A stretch of 64,000 nucleotides of DNA from assembly GCA_020348445.1 (NCBI GenBank), contig CP070751.1, positions 3,463,551 through 3,527,550 on the forward strand, read 5' to 3'. Both the position numbers and the translations under genes were made by a program. Below are positions 19,514 to 29,648 of this stretch, one piece after another; positions within the stretch are counted from its first letter, which is position 1; every line of letters starts with the position of its first letter. This stretch comes from Thermoplasmata archaeon. Lineage in GTDB: Archaea > Thermoplasmatota > Thermoplasmata > GCA-020350865. Below the pieces are notes generated by a model. The model made no database searches, had not been told where the DNA came from, and saw nothing but the letters and a program-made list of their open reading frames with translations.

Positions 19514-19755
19514 TCCTTTCTCAGAGCTCTGATATCTTTATCAAATCCTTTGACATCGATCTTACCGGCTAACATCCCCCTAAGAGGTGTTTTTTTATGT
19601 TTTAACAGAATTCCTTCCTCTGTTGGGAGCATTATAACTTCCTCTCCTTCGAGTATATGATAACCGTCGCGAAATTCCTTTGGAAGGGTTATTTGGCCTT
19701 TTGAGCTGACAGTAGCCGAGCGAATTTTGATATGATCACCAAATAAAATATACAA
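19501..19755 (-). CDS. AbrB/MazE/SpoVT-family antitoxin (VapB)
   Basis: ATVSSKGQITLPKEFRDGYHILEGEEV AbrB motif. ORF-track start is TTG; the more likely start is ATC at 19731 behind GGTGA. Confidence 0.85.
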   Translation of the reverse strand: MYILFGDHIKIRSATVSSKGQITLPKEFRDGYHILEGEEVIMLPTEEGILLKHKKTPLRGMLAGKIDVKGFDKDIRALRKEWVL

Positions 19756-19760
19756 CTGTT

Positions 19761-19787
19761 AGTAAATAAACTTTACTATTGGTAAAG
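19761..19787. promoter_or_regulatory. Candidate vapBC autoregulatory operator
   Basis: Overlapping inverted repeats AGTAAA-N5-TTTACT and CTTTAC-N5-GTAAAG over a TTTATTTA TATA-like box on the minus strand. Confidence 0.5.
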
Positions 19788-19930
19788 AAGATATAGATAA
19801 TATGCTTGTAATTTGGAGAATTGAATATATGGGTGGTTATACCCTAATTAATTACATATTCTGTAATATAAATAGATGTTGAAATGTACTAATTACATGA
19901 TGTTTTTAATCTGCTTAATTTGATTTATAT

Positions 19931-20317
19931 TCAATCAAACTCTTTCCAATTGATAATCACGGCCCCAATCATTATGTTGTCGCCACTTTTTGCACCCACA
20001 ATTTGAATTGTGTTTCTTCCTTGCCTTAGGATTCCTTCAGGGATAACATCCGTGACATCCTGCCATTGGTTTTCACGAGTCCTTATTATGTCCTCACCTG
20101 GAAGGTCCTCTCCATTAATAATGATTTTATGTCCCTTGTTTTGAACATCATACACTTGTACAATAATATAGCCATTTCCCGTTGGAACTCCAGGAATGTT
20201 GAAGGTTCTTTTAGTGGTTTGATCTCCTACGTAGACGTACCAAGGTACATCGATTTCCCCTTCTTCATCACCAATTTGTTCATTGAAAATAATTATGTCG
20301 AAGTTAGCAATTGTCAT
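19931..20317 (-). CDS. Hypothetical beta-sandwich-like protein
   Basis: Strong GGAGGTGA SD and ATG; beta-rich, GxNTIQI-type motif; no family recognised confidently. Confidence 0.75.
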   Translation of the reverse strand: MTIANFDIIIFNEQIGDEEGEIDVPWYVYVGDQTTKRTFNIPGVPTGNGYIIVQVYDVQNKGHKIIINGEDLPGEDIIRTRENQWQDVTDVIPEGILRQGRNTIQIVGAKSGDNIMIGAVIINWKEFD

Positions 20318-20666
20318 TGTATATCACCTCCTTCTTATTGTTGATCTCATTCTTTAAAGTGGTAGGGGGCCGTCTATGAATATCTAATTTATGGGACAAA
20401 TCTTCAATAGAATTCACAATCCCCTTGTCAATCTTTCCTCGCTTATTTTCATTCTTCTCGGTTAGATGCGTTTTTCCCCTAGAAAGCGGGCTTAAACTTA
20501 GAATCCTCCCTATAATCTTACACCCCCCAACTATATTGGTTGATACACATCATTTTATTAATATTTTACCAAGATTCATGTAAAGTCCTCTAAATATCCG
20601 AATTGTATGGCTTTTATTAGAAGTAGACAAATATACTTATTTACCCTAAATTCATACCCAAATTTC

Positions 20667-21254
20667 ATGGGTTTGGCAGAGAGCATCATTGATATCCTAC
20701 AGGGGCTTCCCTCTTGGCTTATTATCATTTTTATTGCAATGATCCCCTTCATCGAACTTAGGGGAACCATATTGTTGTGGGCAGCCCAAGGAGGGGATTT
20801 CTCTTTCGCCGGTTTCCCGTACCCTGAAGGTTGGATCCCAATTTATATTGTCTCAGTGATAGGTAATATGATCCCAATTCCTTTTATCTTGCTCTTTTTT
20901 CCATGGGTTGAAAAGAAGCTTAGACGATGGAAGATTTTCGACCGCTTCTTCGACTGGCTCTTTGCCAGAACCCGGAAAAGGACAGGCAAGTCCGTGGAAA
21001 AATACGAAGAGCTGGCCCTTGTACTTTTTGTTGCTATACCACTGCCCATAACCGGAGCCTGGACCGGCTCACTTGTGTCCTACCTATTCGGACTGGATCG
21101 TGCCAAATCCATAATCTTCATTTTCATAGGTGTTTTAATTGCAGGAGCCATTATGCTTGCTTTGGTTCTCATATCCCTGTGGATTGCACTCGCGATAATA
21201 ATTGGGCTCACGATAGCTTTGATTTTACTTGGGCGAATTGAAACACGAGAATGA
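20667..21254 (+). CDS. Small multidrug export family membrane protein (COG2426-like)
   Basis: AMIPFIELRG, GNMIPIPFIL, LVLFVAIPLPITGAWTG; start set at the ATG at 20667. Confidence 0.85.
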   Translation: MGLAESIIDILQGLPSWLIIIFIAMIPFIELRGTILLWAAQGGDFSFAGFPYPEGWIPIYIVSVIGNMIPIPFILLFFPWVEKKLRRWKIFDRFFDWLFARTRKRTGKSVEKYEELALVLFVAIPLPITGAWTGSLVSYLFGLDRAKSIIFIFIGVLIAGAIMLALVLISLWIALAIIIGLTIALILLGRIETRE

Positions 21255-21316
21255 ATAAAAGGATACTAGGCTCCTTTGATTTGATCTGCCCGGGTCTAGC
21301 TGATAGTAAAAAAACC

Positions 21317-22234
21317 CTATCCCAAAGTGATATCGTATTCGTTCAGAATAAGAGATATTAACTGATGAGGATTCATGGTCCCAATATCCTGGGTTGTAAG
21401 ATCCTCAATCATGCTTTTTAGCTTATCTGCGTAATCTTTGGGCAATTTTTCGAACTTTTCAATTAATTTCTCTCTCAGATCATCTGGGAACTTCTTGCTC
21501 TCTATGCCTACATCCACGCCCTCTATGACGATGCCTATGCCCTTGAAAATCGAGTAAGGATGGGAGATTGTGGAGTGCCAGCTGCTTCTGGATTTGACTA
21601 TCCTCATCCTGGTGTCGACCTTTGCTATCCCCAATCCATCTAATCTCTCGATCGTCGAGGTTGTGGGGTGGGATATGTATCGAAGATGTATAACGGCATC
21701 AGAAAGATACATTGGTATGATTGTTTCCGGACCCGAGAGATCCCCGAAGGTGCCGTGCTCCTCAAGTGTCGCAATTACAGTGCCCACCTTCTTGGTTTCG
21801 TTGAACAGGGTTGATATGAGTTCTCTTTGCTTGTACTTGTCTTGGGCAGTCCAAACAATTGGAGTTAGTGGGTCTATTGCGATCCTCGCATGAATACCTG
21901 CCCATTCAGCCACAAATTCCGGCAACTCCTCTTTGATGAAATCAGAGAATTCCATTCCCCCTGCCTCAATAAACACAAGTTGACCATCTTCCAGGTAATC
22001 CTTCAAATCGGCCCATCCCATCTCTGCAGCTTCTTTTAGGATCTGATCCTTTTGCTCTTCCAAAGTGATGTATATCGCCTCTTCTTCTTCCTCAAGACCG
22101 CGGTGTAAGAATTGGGTTACAAATGTCGTTTTTCCCGTACCTGTCGCCCCAACTATTGTGGTAACAGAATTTTTGTTAATTCCATTATCGAGAAGGGGAT
22201 TTAATCCGTATACACCTGTTTTAATTTTTTCCAT
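21317..22234 (-). CDS. Single-domain KaiC/RAD55-like ATPase with C-terminal extension
   Basis: TGVYGLNPLLDNG, Walker A GATGTGKT, YITLEE, RIAIDP, IVKSRSSWH. Confidence 0.88.
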   Translation of the reverse strand: MEKIKTGVYGLNPLLDNGINKNSVTTIVGATGTGKTTFVTQFLHRGLEEEEEAIYITLEEQKDQILKEAAEMGWADLKDYLEDGQLVFIEAGGMEFSDFIKEELPEFVAEWAGIHARIAIDPLTPIVWTAQDKYKQRELISTLFNETKKVGTVIATLEEHGTFGDLSGPETIIPMYLSDAVIHLRYISHPTTSTIERLDGLGIAKVDTRMRIVKSRSSWHSTISHPYSIFKGIGIVIEGVDVGIESKKFPDDLREKLIEKFEKLPKDYADKLKSMIEDLTTQDIGTMNPHQLISLILNEYDITLG

Positions 22235-22369
22235 ATCATGGGCCTTCCTGTTTTGTATCTGGATTTTTTATCATTAATTGTCTGGGCTTTTAAGAATGGA
22301 TTAATGGGTTATATAAATTTTGGAAATATCTACGTTTTTTGATTTTGACATCTGGCATCAATTCAAAAC

Positions 22370-23104
22370 TTATGTTATATTCCCACCTTTTGGATGGGGT
22401 AAAAACCTGGGAACCAGATTCAAATTCACCTTCAATATCATCTTTTCCTTGCCTGATTCTATTTGGATTACGAGCACATCACCACGACTCCGTATGATCT
22501 CTGGTTTTGTACCATCCCTTTTTAATGCCCTTAAAAGGGTCTTTTTGAAGTGGTTCCTCCTCTTCCTGTCAGAGCGCAGAACCTTGTCCAGGTTTTCACT
22601 AATGTAGTAGTGCTTGTATTTTCCATCTCTTATGCAGTTGATAATCGCGTATTCAGTTAATTTGGAGGTGTACCACCCGCATTCCTGCTGGTACATCCCC
22701 AGCTTTTTGCAGAGCTTCTTTTGTGTGATACCGGGATTTGCGGCAATTGTGTCACAAATGAACCTTGCCTTATCACCGCTTAATAGCGCCAGGACCTCGA
22801 TATCCTCTGACTCGATCATCTCCGCGGGGTAGTAAATCCTGTTTTTACCCACTTTTTTTGTGGTAACTAGGCCTTTCTCCGTCATTTTCTTAAGATGCCA
22901 GTCTACAGTGGGGACTGCAAGGTCCAAAGTCCTTGCTATGACCCTCAATTTACTGCATGGATTCTTGCACAGATACTGGAATATCACCAGTCTAGTGGGA
23001 TTTAAAAGCAGCGATTCCTCACCCTTTTTGCTCTTCTCTACCTCACCCACGGCCCTTTCCTGTGCTATCGCCCTCTTTAAAGCATCGCCGATCTTCTCTG
23101 GCAT
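22370..23104 (-). CDS. Tandem winged-HTH transcriptional regulator
   Basis: Two HTH units: NPTRLVIFQYLCKNP...TVDWHLKKM and NPGITQKKL...YTSKL. Confidence 0.85.
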   Translation of the reverse strand: MPEKIGDALKRAIAQERAVGEVEKSKKGEESLLLNPTRLVIFQYLCKNPCSKLRVIARTLDLAVPTVDWHLKKMTEKGLVTTKKVGKNRIYYPAEMIESEDIEVLALLSGDKARFICDTIAANPGITQKKLCKKLGMYQQECGWYTSKLTEYAIINCIRDGKYKHYYISENLDKVLRSDRKRRNHFKKTLLRALKRDGTKPEIIRSRGDVLVIQIESGKEKMILKVNLNLVPRFLPHPKGGNIT

Positions 23105-23245
23105 GGACTTTTTCCTCGCAACGAGTATTGTATGGGTTGATATTTACCTTTTTTGTTTGATTTATATGAACAAATCCTTTTCATAGTTTTTTTAGTTCCT
23201 GGGTGGGTGGAGGGAGGTAGGTGGTGGGTAGATCTTTATGCGGGG

Positions 23246-23344
23246 GCCCTTAGGCTTAAGATATCAACTCTTTATCGCATAACCTAAGGGCAAAGTGGCC
23301 TATGAATTAATCATATAGGATATGGAATAGACCACGATGGAGGG
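23246..23344. repeat. Dispersed 99-bp structured intergenic element, copy 2
   Basis: Same orientation as 9977-10075, 11 substitutions; flanked by G-rich tracts. Confidence 0.9.
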
Positions 23345-23424
23345 GGGATGGTGGGAGGGATGAAGATGATAGATAAAAAACGATATCAAAAATATATTAT
23401 CACCCAAACCCAATTCCTTATGTC

Positions 23425-24177
23425 ATGAAACTCGAACCAATCCCAAATGAACCTGCTCTACTTCTAAAAGGCAAGAAAAATACCTTGATCGTGGCCGACC
23501 TTCATATTGGAATAGAAGCCGAGCTTAGAGAATCAGGGATAAACATTCCCAGCCAGACAGAGAAAATGGCATTGCACCTCATTGAACTTTGTAAAGAGCA
23601 TGAGATTCACGACCTGGTTATTGTGGGGGATGTGAAGCATAATGTTCCAATGACGAGCGGACAGGAGTACTTCGAAATCCCAAGGATTTTTGAGAGATTG
23701 AAAGAACATGTGGAAAAGGCCCACATCACGATGGGAAACCACGATGGGAATCTTAAAAACTATCTCCCGGATTGGGTAAAAATCCACGGAACCAAGGGTT
23801 TTACTTATAAAGGAATTGGGATTTTCCACGGCCATACATGGCCTAAAAAAGAAGTCATGCAGTGCAGCCAAGTAGTAATTGCCCATCAGCATCCCACGAT
23901 ATTGTTCGTAGAAACACTCGGGGAAAGGGATACCAGGCAATGCTGGGTGAAAGCAGATTTCATTACCAAGGTTACAGAAGAACGTTATCCCAAATCAAAT
24001 CCAAAGCTCATAATCATGCCCACTTTCAACGATCTTTTAGGAGGAATCGCGGTAAACGAGAGGGATTCTGAGCTTCTAGGACCAATTATGAAAAACAAAC
24101 TCGTGGATTTGGATAATGCCGAAATTTACCTACTAGATGGTACATTTTTAGGGAAACTTAGTGATTTGAGGGTGTAA
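23425..24177 (+). CDS. Metallophosphoesterase (COG1407-like, Lhr-associated)
   Basis: ADLHIG, GDVKH, GNHDG, FHGH, AHQHP motifs. Confidence 0.9.
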   Translation: MKLEPIPNEPALLLKGKKNTLIVADLHIGIEAELRESGINIPSQTEKMALHLIELCKEHEIHDLVIVGDVKHNVPMTSGQEYFEIPRIFERLKEHVEKAHITMGNHDGNLKNYLPDWVKIHGTKGFTYKGIGIFHGHTWPKKEVMQCSQVVIAHQHPTILFVETLGERDTRQCWVKADFITKVTEERYPKSNPKLIIMPTFNDLLGGIAVNERDSELLGPIMKNKLVDLDNAEIYLLDGTFLGKLSDLRV

Positions 24178-24178
24178 G

Positions 24179-26920
24179 ATGAGTTTTGATATGCTTTCTC
24201 CTGCTATTATAAAAGCTATTGAAAAGAAGGGATGGGGAGAATTAACTGAGCCTCAAAAAAAGGCCATTCCAGTGGTTTTAGATGACAAGGATCTGCTTCT
24301 TATCGCTCCCACAGGTTATGGAAAGACCGAGGCTGTAATGTTACCGCTTTTTCACAAGATTCTAAAAGAAAAACCAGAGAGAATCAGCCTTCTTTACATA
24401 ACACCATTAAGAGCACTTAACAGGGACATGCTGCAAAGAATGCTATGGTTCGCCAACGAACTGGATATTAAGGTTGCGGTGCGTCACGGCGACACTCCCC
24501 AGCATGAAAGGGCAAAAATGTCAAAGTCACCACCTGACATCCTCATCACCACTCCTGAGACGTTTCAGATCATGTTCACTGGCAAGCACCTCAGAAGGCA
24601 TTTAAGTAATGTGAAATGGGTGGTAATCGACGAGATCCATGAACTTGCCCAGGATGAAAGAGGTGCCCAGCTTGCTGTAGCAATGGAAAGGTTATGTCAA
24701 TTAACAGGAAGGGAGGTTCAGAGAATTGGATTATCAGCAACAGTGGGCAGCCCTTCGGAAATAGCACGGTTTTTAGGAGGAGTACAAAGAAAGGTGGAAA
24801 TCATAAGAACCAGGCTCCCAAAGGATATCAAAATACAGGTGGAGAGCCCCATTCCAAAAAAAGAGGATGAGAAGCTTGCAATGGAACTTGGCACAGAATC
24901 CAAACAGGCCGTCTGTCTAAGAAGGGGAAGGGAACTGGTGGAAGAACATAGGTCAACCCTATACTTTGTAAATACAAGGGATACTGCAGAGACCCTTGCC
25001 ACAAGATACCATCTATGGGACAGTGCCTTTCCAGTTGGAGTACATCATGGCTCACTATCCAAGGGTGTTAGGGTCCAGATGGAGGAGGATTTCAAATCCG
25101 AGAAATTAAAGGGTCTGATATGCACATCCTCACTGGAACTTGGAATAGATGTGGGTAGTGCAGATTTCACAATACAGTACAACTCCCCGAGACAGGTGAC
25201 CAGACTGGTTCAGAGAGTGGGAAGAGCAGGTCATGCAGTTGGAGAGGTTTCCAAAGGAACTATCATAGCCATATCCAATGATGACGTACTAGAGAGCTGT
25301 GCAATTACAAGAAGGGCACTTGCCGAGAAAATCGAAGCCTTTAAAATTAGGGAAAATCCACTATCTGTCTTAGCCAATCAGATCCTCGCAATCGCCGTGA
25401 CCTCCAAGGACAATACCCTTAAAAGCTGCTATTCACTGATTAAAAAGGCCTACCCATTTCGAAATTTGAAACAAAAAACGTTCCTGGATGTTGTGGAACT
25501 TTTAAGGGATGAAAGGGTCCTGTGGATTGAAGATGAAAGATTTGGAAGAAAAAGACCCTCATTCAACTACTTTTATGATAACCTATCCATGATCCCTGAC
25601 GAGAGAACTTTTAAGGTCGTTGATATAACAACCAGGAAAACCATTGGAACCTTGGACGAAGGATTCACAGCCAATTACATTCAACCTCATGCACGAATCA
25701 TTATTAAGGGTCGACCATGGGAAGTTGTGGAGTTCGAGGAGGATATACTTGTTACCCCCTCAGCACTTGTTGGTGCAGTGCCAAATTGGGTAGGAGAGGA
25801 GATTCCTGTTCCAATAGAAGTGGCCCAAGAGGTGGGAAGGATAAGAAGAATGGGGGACCTAGGGGGATATCCTATTGATGATGGTGCTAAAAAAATATAC
25901 TTTGATACCCTAAAAAAACAGAAAAAGCAACATCCAGTGCCTACTGATAGACTGATCACAATCGAATCTGACAAGCGAACGATCATAGTAAATGCATGTC
26001 TTGGAAGCAAGGTAAACGAGACAGTGGGAATGCTGCTTTCAACTCTTCTCGCGGCAAGGGTGGGAGAGAGCGTTGGTATGAGAACAGACCCTTACCGAAT
26101 CATTCTGGATCTGCCAACTCCCATGAATCCTGATATCGTAAAAGCAATTCTTCTTGAAACAGAACCAGAGGGAGTTGAAGATATCATTCGAATGGCTCTG
26201 AAACACTCCTCATATCTGAGATGGACATTAATTAATGTGGCTAAGAAATTCTGTGCACTTGAAAAAGAAGTGGATTACAAGAGGATCTCCATCAAGAGAC
26301 TAGCTGCCGCTTTCATGGACACACCTTTATATTCAGAAACAGTGGATAAAACAATCTGGGAAAGGATGGATATTCAAAAGACAAAGGAGGTCCTTCAGAG
26401 CATACAGGACAGGGAAATAGACCTTCGAGTAACTAGCCTTTCACCCATTGGACTAGAGGGTGTGGAAGCTTTCAGAAGACTCGTTGCTCCCCAGAAACCT
26501 GATCGGGCAATTCTAATGACCTTGAAACACCGGCTCGAGGACGAGAGAGTCAAACTTTTGTGCCTTTCCTGCAAGAGGGAATACTTGAAGAGAATAAAGA
26601 ACATCCCAGAAAAGATAACTTGTCAGAACTGCGGCGGAAAGATGATAGCCGCCGTGCCCACCTACGAGGATGCAGGGCCCATTCTTCGAAAAAAGAAACC
26701 CAAGGAAAAAGAGAAAAGGACTATAAGGAAATTATTCACAAACGCAAACCTGATTCTGAGTCACGGTAAAAAAGCAATTCTGGCAATGAGGGCAAGGGGA
26801 GTCGGCCCAAAGACTGCCGCTCGAATCCTTGCCATGCACTACGAGACCGAAGAGGAGTTTCTAAGGGAGATTTTATCGGCAGAGATTCTGTATGCAAGGA
26901 CGAGAAGGTTTTGGGATTGA
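24179..26920 (+). CDS. lhr: Lhr-family DEAD/DEAH helicase
   Basis: APTGYGKT, ITPLRAL, DEIH, GLSAT, HHGSL, SLELGID, QRVGRAGH; C-terminal Cys motif and RTRRFWD end. Confidence 0.93.
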   Translation: MSFDMLSPAIIKAIEKKGWGELTEPQKKAIPVVLDDKDLLLIAPTGYGKTEAVMLPLFHKILKEKPERISLLYITPLRALNRDMLQRMLWFANELDIKVAVRHGDTPQHERAKMSKSPPDILITTPETFQIMFTGKHLRRHLSNVKWVVIDEIHELAQDERGAQLAVAMERLCQLTGREVQRIGLSATVGSPSEIARFLGGVQRKVEIIRTRLPKDIKIQVESPIPKKEDEKLAMELGTESKQAVCLRRGRELVEEHRSTLYFVNTRDTAETLATRYHLWDSAFPVGVHHGSLSKGVRVQMEEDFKSEKLKGLICTSSLELGIDVGSADFTIQYNSPRQVTRLVQRVGRAGHAVGEVSKGTIIAISNDDVLESCAITRRALAEKIEAFKIRENPLSVLANQILAIAVTSKDNTLKSCYSLIKKAYPFRNLKQKTFLDVVELLRDERVLWIEDERFGRKRPSFNYFYDNLSMIPDERTFKVVDITTRKTIGTLDEGFTANYIQPHARIIIKGRPWEVVEFEEDILVTPSALVGAVPNWVGEEIPVPIEVAQEVGRIRRMGDLGGYPIDDGAKKIYFDTLKKQKKQHPVPTDRLITIESDKRTIIVNACLGSKVNETVGMLLSTLLAARVGESVGMRTDPYRIILDLPTPMNPDIVKAILLETEPEGVEDIIRMALKHSSYLRWTLINVAKKFCALEKEVDYKRISIKRLAAAFMDTPLYSETVDKTIWERMDIQKTKEVLQSIQDREIDLRVTSLSPIGLEGVEAFRRLVAPQKPDRAILMTLKHRLEDERVKLLCLSCKREYLKRIKNIPEKITCQNCGGKMIAAVPTYEDAGPILRKKKPKEKEKRTIRKLFTNANLILSHGKKAILAMRARGVGPKTAARILAMHYETEEEFLREILSAEILYARTRRFWD

Positions 26921-27188
26921 TAGGTAGAAGATTTTAAAAACTTTTTAACATTTTATTACGTTATTTTATTATTTTCAAGTTAACACTGTTATACAAATCC
27001 AGACTGACGTTTTATTCAATAAAATAGTATCAATATCTGACAACTTTTAAATATCTTTATATTATTCCCCCCAATGCCCAGATTTAAAAAAATGGAAATA
27101 TGGGAAAAATACCGTATTTGGGGGTATCAATAATAAAGAATGTTATGGTTAATAGTGATTTTTTAAAAATATATAAGGAGGTAAGAAT

Positions 27189-28535
27189 ATGAGTAGCTCA
27201 GAAACAAATCCATTTAAAATTGCACAGAGTCAATTGGATAATGTAGCAGATCGGTTGGAACTAAAAAAGGGGATCCATCTATTTCTCAGGACCCCGCGAA
27301 GAGAGCTTTCAGTAAATTTTCCTGTAAGGATGGATAATGGTGAAATAAAGGTTTTTCAAGGATACAGGGTGCAGCATAACATGGCTAGAGGACCTTGCAA
27401 AGGTGGCATCAGGTATCACTGGAACGTTTCACTGGATGAGGTCAGGGCCCTGGCAATGTGGATGACATGGAAATGCGCAGTGGTTAACATTCCTTATGGT
27501 GGTGCAAAAGGTGGAATAATATGCAATCCAAAGGAAATGTCTCAGGCCGAATTGGAACGCATGACAAGAAGGTTTACCACAGAAATATCCATCATTATCG
27601 GACCTGAAAAGGATATCCCAGCACCTGATGTCTATACAAATGCCCAGACAATGGCATGGATAATGGATACATACAGTTCAATTAAAGGTTATTCGGTACC
27701 AGGGGTGGTCACAGGAAAACCCATCCATGTAGGCGGGTCCCTGGGTAGAAACGAGGCTACTGCAAGAGGTTGTATGTTCACAATACGAGAAGCCTTAAAA
27801 CATTTTGATTTAAAGGTTATTCCACCCGAACAGTGGCGAAAGGAATGTTCGGAAGAAGAATTGGACAAAGATATTTGTGATGGTGATGAGGGAACAGGAT
27901 ACAAGCTAAATAAGGCGACCGTTGCCATACAGGGTTTTGGAAATGCGGGTTCCATATCTGCAGCACTGTTATCAGCCAAGGGAGCGAAGATCATTGCAGT
28001 AAGTGACAGCAAAGGAGGAGTTGCGAATAAAGAGGGATTGGACATTCCAAAGCTTATAGAGCATAAGAGTAAAACCGGCAGTGTAATAGGATTCGAAGGT
28101 GCAAACGATGATCTTGGTCCAAAACAGGTTCTTGAATTTGAAGCCGATGTGCTGGTCCCCGCCGCCCTGGAGAATCAGATAACGGATGAGAATGCAGACA
28201 ATATAAAGGCGAAAATAGTTGCCGAGGCTGCAAACGGTCCCACCACTCCAGAGGCAGATAGGATTCTTCATGAAAAGAATATCTTTCTAATACCTGACAT
28301 TCTCGCAAATGCTGGCGGTGTAACTGTTTCATATTTCGAGTGGGTTCAGGGCTTGCAGCAGTTCTTCTGGTCTGAGCGTGATGTGAACGTTCAGCTGAGG
28401 GAAATCATGACAAAGGCCTTCCATGAAGTGTTACAAATAAGCGAAAAGGAAAAGGTGGACATGAGAACCGCAGCTTATATGGTAGCTGTGAAAAGGGTGG
28501 CAGATGCAATTGAGCATCGCGGGATATTTCCGTAA
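27189..28535 (+). CDS. gdhA: Glutamate dehydrogenase (Glu/Leu/Phe/Val family)
   Basis: GPCKGGIRY, GGAKGG, DIPAPD, TGKP, QGFGNAG, EAANGP, NAGGVTVSYFEWVQ. Confidence 0.96.
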   Translation: MSSSETNPFKIAQSQLDNVADRLELKKGIHLFLRTPRRELSVNFPVRMDNGEIKVFQGYRVQHNMARGPCKGGIRYHWNVSLDEVRALAMWMTWKCAVVNIPYGGAKGGIICNPKEMSQAELERMTRRFTTEISIIIGPEKDIPAPDVYTNAQTMAWIMDTYSSIKGYSVPGVVTGKPIHVGGSLGRNEATARGCMFTIREALKHFDLKVIPPEQWRKECSEEELDKDICDGDEGTGYKLNKATVAIQGFGNAGSISAALLSAKGAKIIAVSDSKGGVANKEGLDIPKLIEHKSKTGSVIGFEGANDDLGPKQVLEFEADVLVPAALENQITDENADNIKAKIVAEAANGPTTPEADRILHEKNIFLIPDILANAGGVTVSYFEWVQGLQQFFWSERDVNVQLREIMTKAFHEVLQISEKEKVDMRTAAYMVAVKRVADAIEHRGIFP

Positions 28536-28604
28536 AATATCATGTTTTTTATTGCTACATCCAAGAATAAATTGACTATATTTAAGGCTGTAAAATCAGA
28601 TTAA

Positions 28605-29135
28605 CTAGGGTACAAAATCCCTAAGTTTTTCTAATTCAGGATTTATCTTACCCTCGGAAACGAGACAGAAATTCAAGTCGATCATAACAGGTTTCTCAAG
28701 AAGATATTCATCGTATAGATATCGTAAGGTCTCGTAATATCTCCTTGCAGTGGGGTGATCCGGGGCAGAGAATCTCAAAACCCAGTCATATTCGCCATTT
28801 ACGATCCATAGATCTTGCAGTCTCACATTCTGCTTCTCCTGCTCCTTCCCATGTAACCTTAGTAACATAAGGTCCACCAATTCTTTAGTCATGGGTTTCA
28901 TTTTAAGTAACATTACATATGATACATGATTCAGTTTTCTTTCATCAACAACCGCGGTATATCCCCATATTATATGTTCTTCCTCCAGCTTTCTCTTTTC
29001 ACGCCATATTTTTTGTCTATAACTTTTTAGCTCTTTTGCTATGATCCTTAAACTCTTTGTAGGATCATCTAAAAGCGCGTGTAATATTTCATTGTTATAT
29101 ATGTTTTTGTTACTTTTTGATGCTTTATTAGACAT
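28605..29135 (-). CDS. Lrp/AsnC family transcriptional regulator
   Basis: N-terminal HTH, KLEEEHIIWGYTAVVD, GEYDWVL RAM-domain motif. Confidence 0.85.
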   Translation of the reverse strand: MSNKASKSNKNIYNNEILHALLDDPTKSLRIIAKELKSYRQKIWREKRKLEEEHIIWGYTAVVDERKLNHVSYVMLLKMKPMTKELVDLMLLRLHGKEQEKQNVRLQDLWIVNGEYDWVLRFSAPDHPTARRYYETLRYLYDEYLLEKPVMIDLNFCLVSEGKINPELEKLRDFVP

Positions 29136-29255
29136 TTTTTTACCACCTGTAACATATAGTTATAACATATCTCTATGTTGTTTTAGATATATAATGATAT
29201 TGAAGATAATAAATATTTCACTGGATGAGACATCATAAAAATAGGAGGCCTGTGA

Positions 29256-29648
29256 ATGGTAAAAAAATGGAAAGGAATAAAAGAAATCGTAGAAAAGGCG
29301 ACTAAAGAACTGATTGAAACGAAAGAGGATGGCTATTTATTTTACTCAGCACCAGAAGGTCAAAAACTAATCCTATTAGTTGATATTAAAGATCTACCAG
29401 CTTGGAGAAAGGAAATAAAGGATTTTGGTATCCCAATAAATGGAGAAAAGAATCGGATTTTCTGTCGAGGTTTTTCAGATGAAGATGAAGGAATTGTAAC
29501 GGAAGGCTATAATCCATTACTTGAATTGGTAGAGGAAGAAAGAATGGGTGCGGATGAAATTAAAAAAAGGATTAAGGAAGAATGGAAAGAATCAAGATTA
29601 CGCGTTCAAGGAAGAAAGTTTCCAAGGACATTTGAGGAGGAAACATGA
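29256..29648 (+). CDS. Hypothetical protein
   Basis: GGAGG SD and ATG; ATGA overlap with next gene. Confidence 0.7.
   Translation: MVKKWKGIKEIVEKATKELIETKEDGYLFYSAPEGQKLILLVDIKDLPAWRKEIKDFGIPINGEKNRIFCRGFSDEDEGIVTEGYNPLLELVEEERMGADEIKKRIKEEWKESRLRVQGRKFPRTFEEET

Noticed and set aside
20355-20400. Possible degenerate third copy of the 99-bp element (aaagtgg...ctatgaat)
   Set aside because: Only two short words match and neither stem is present.
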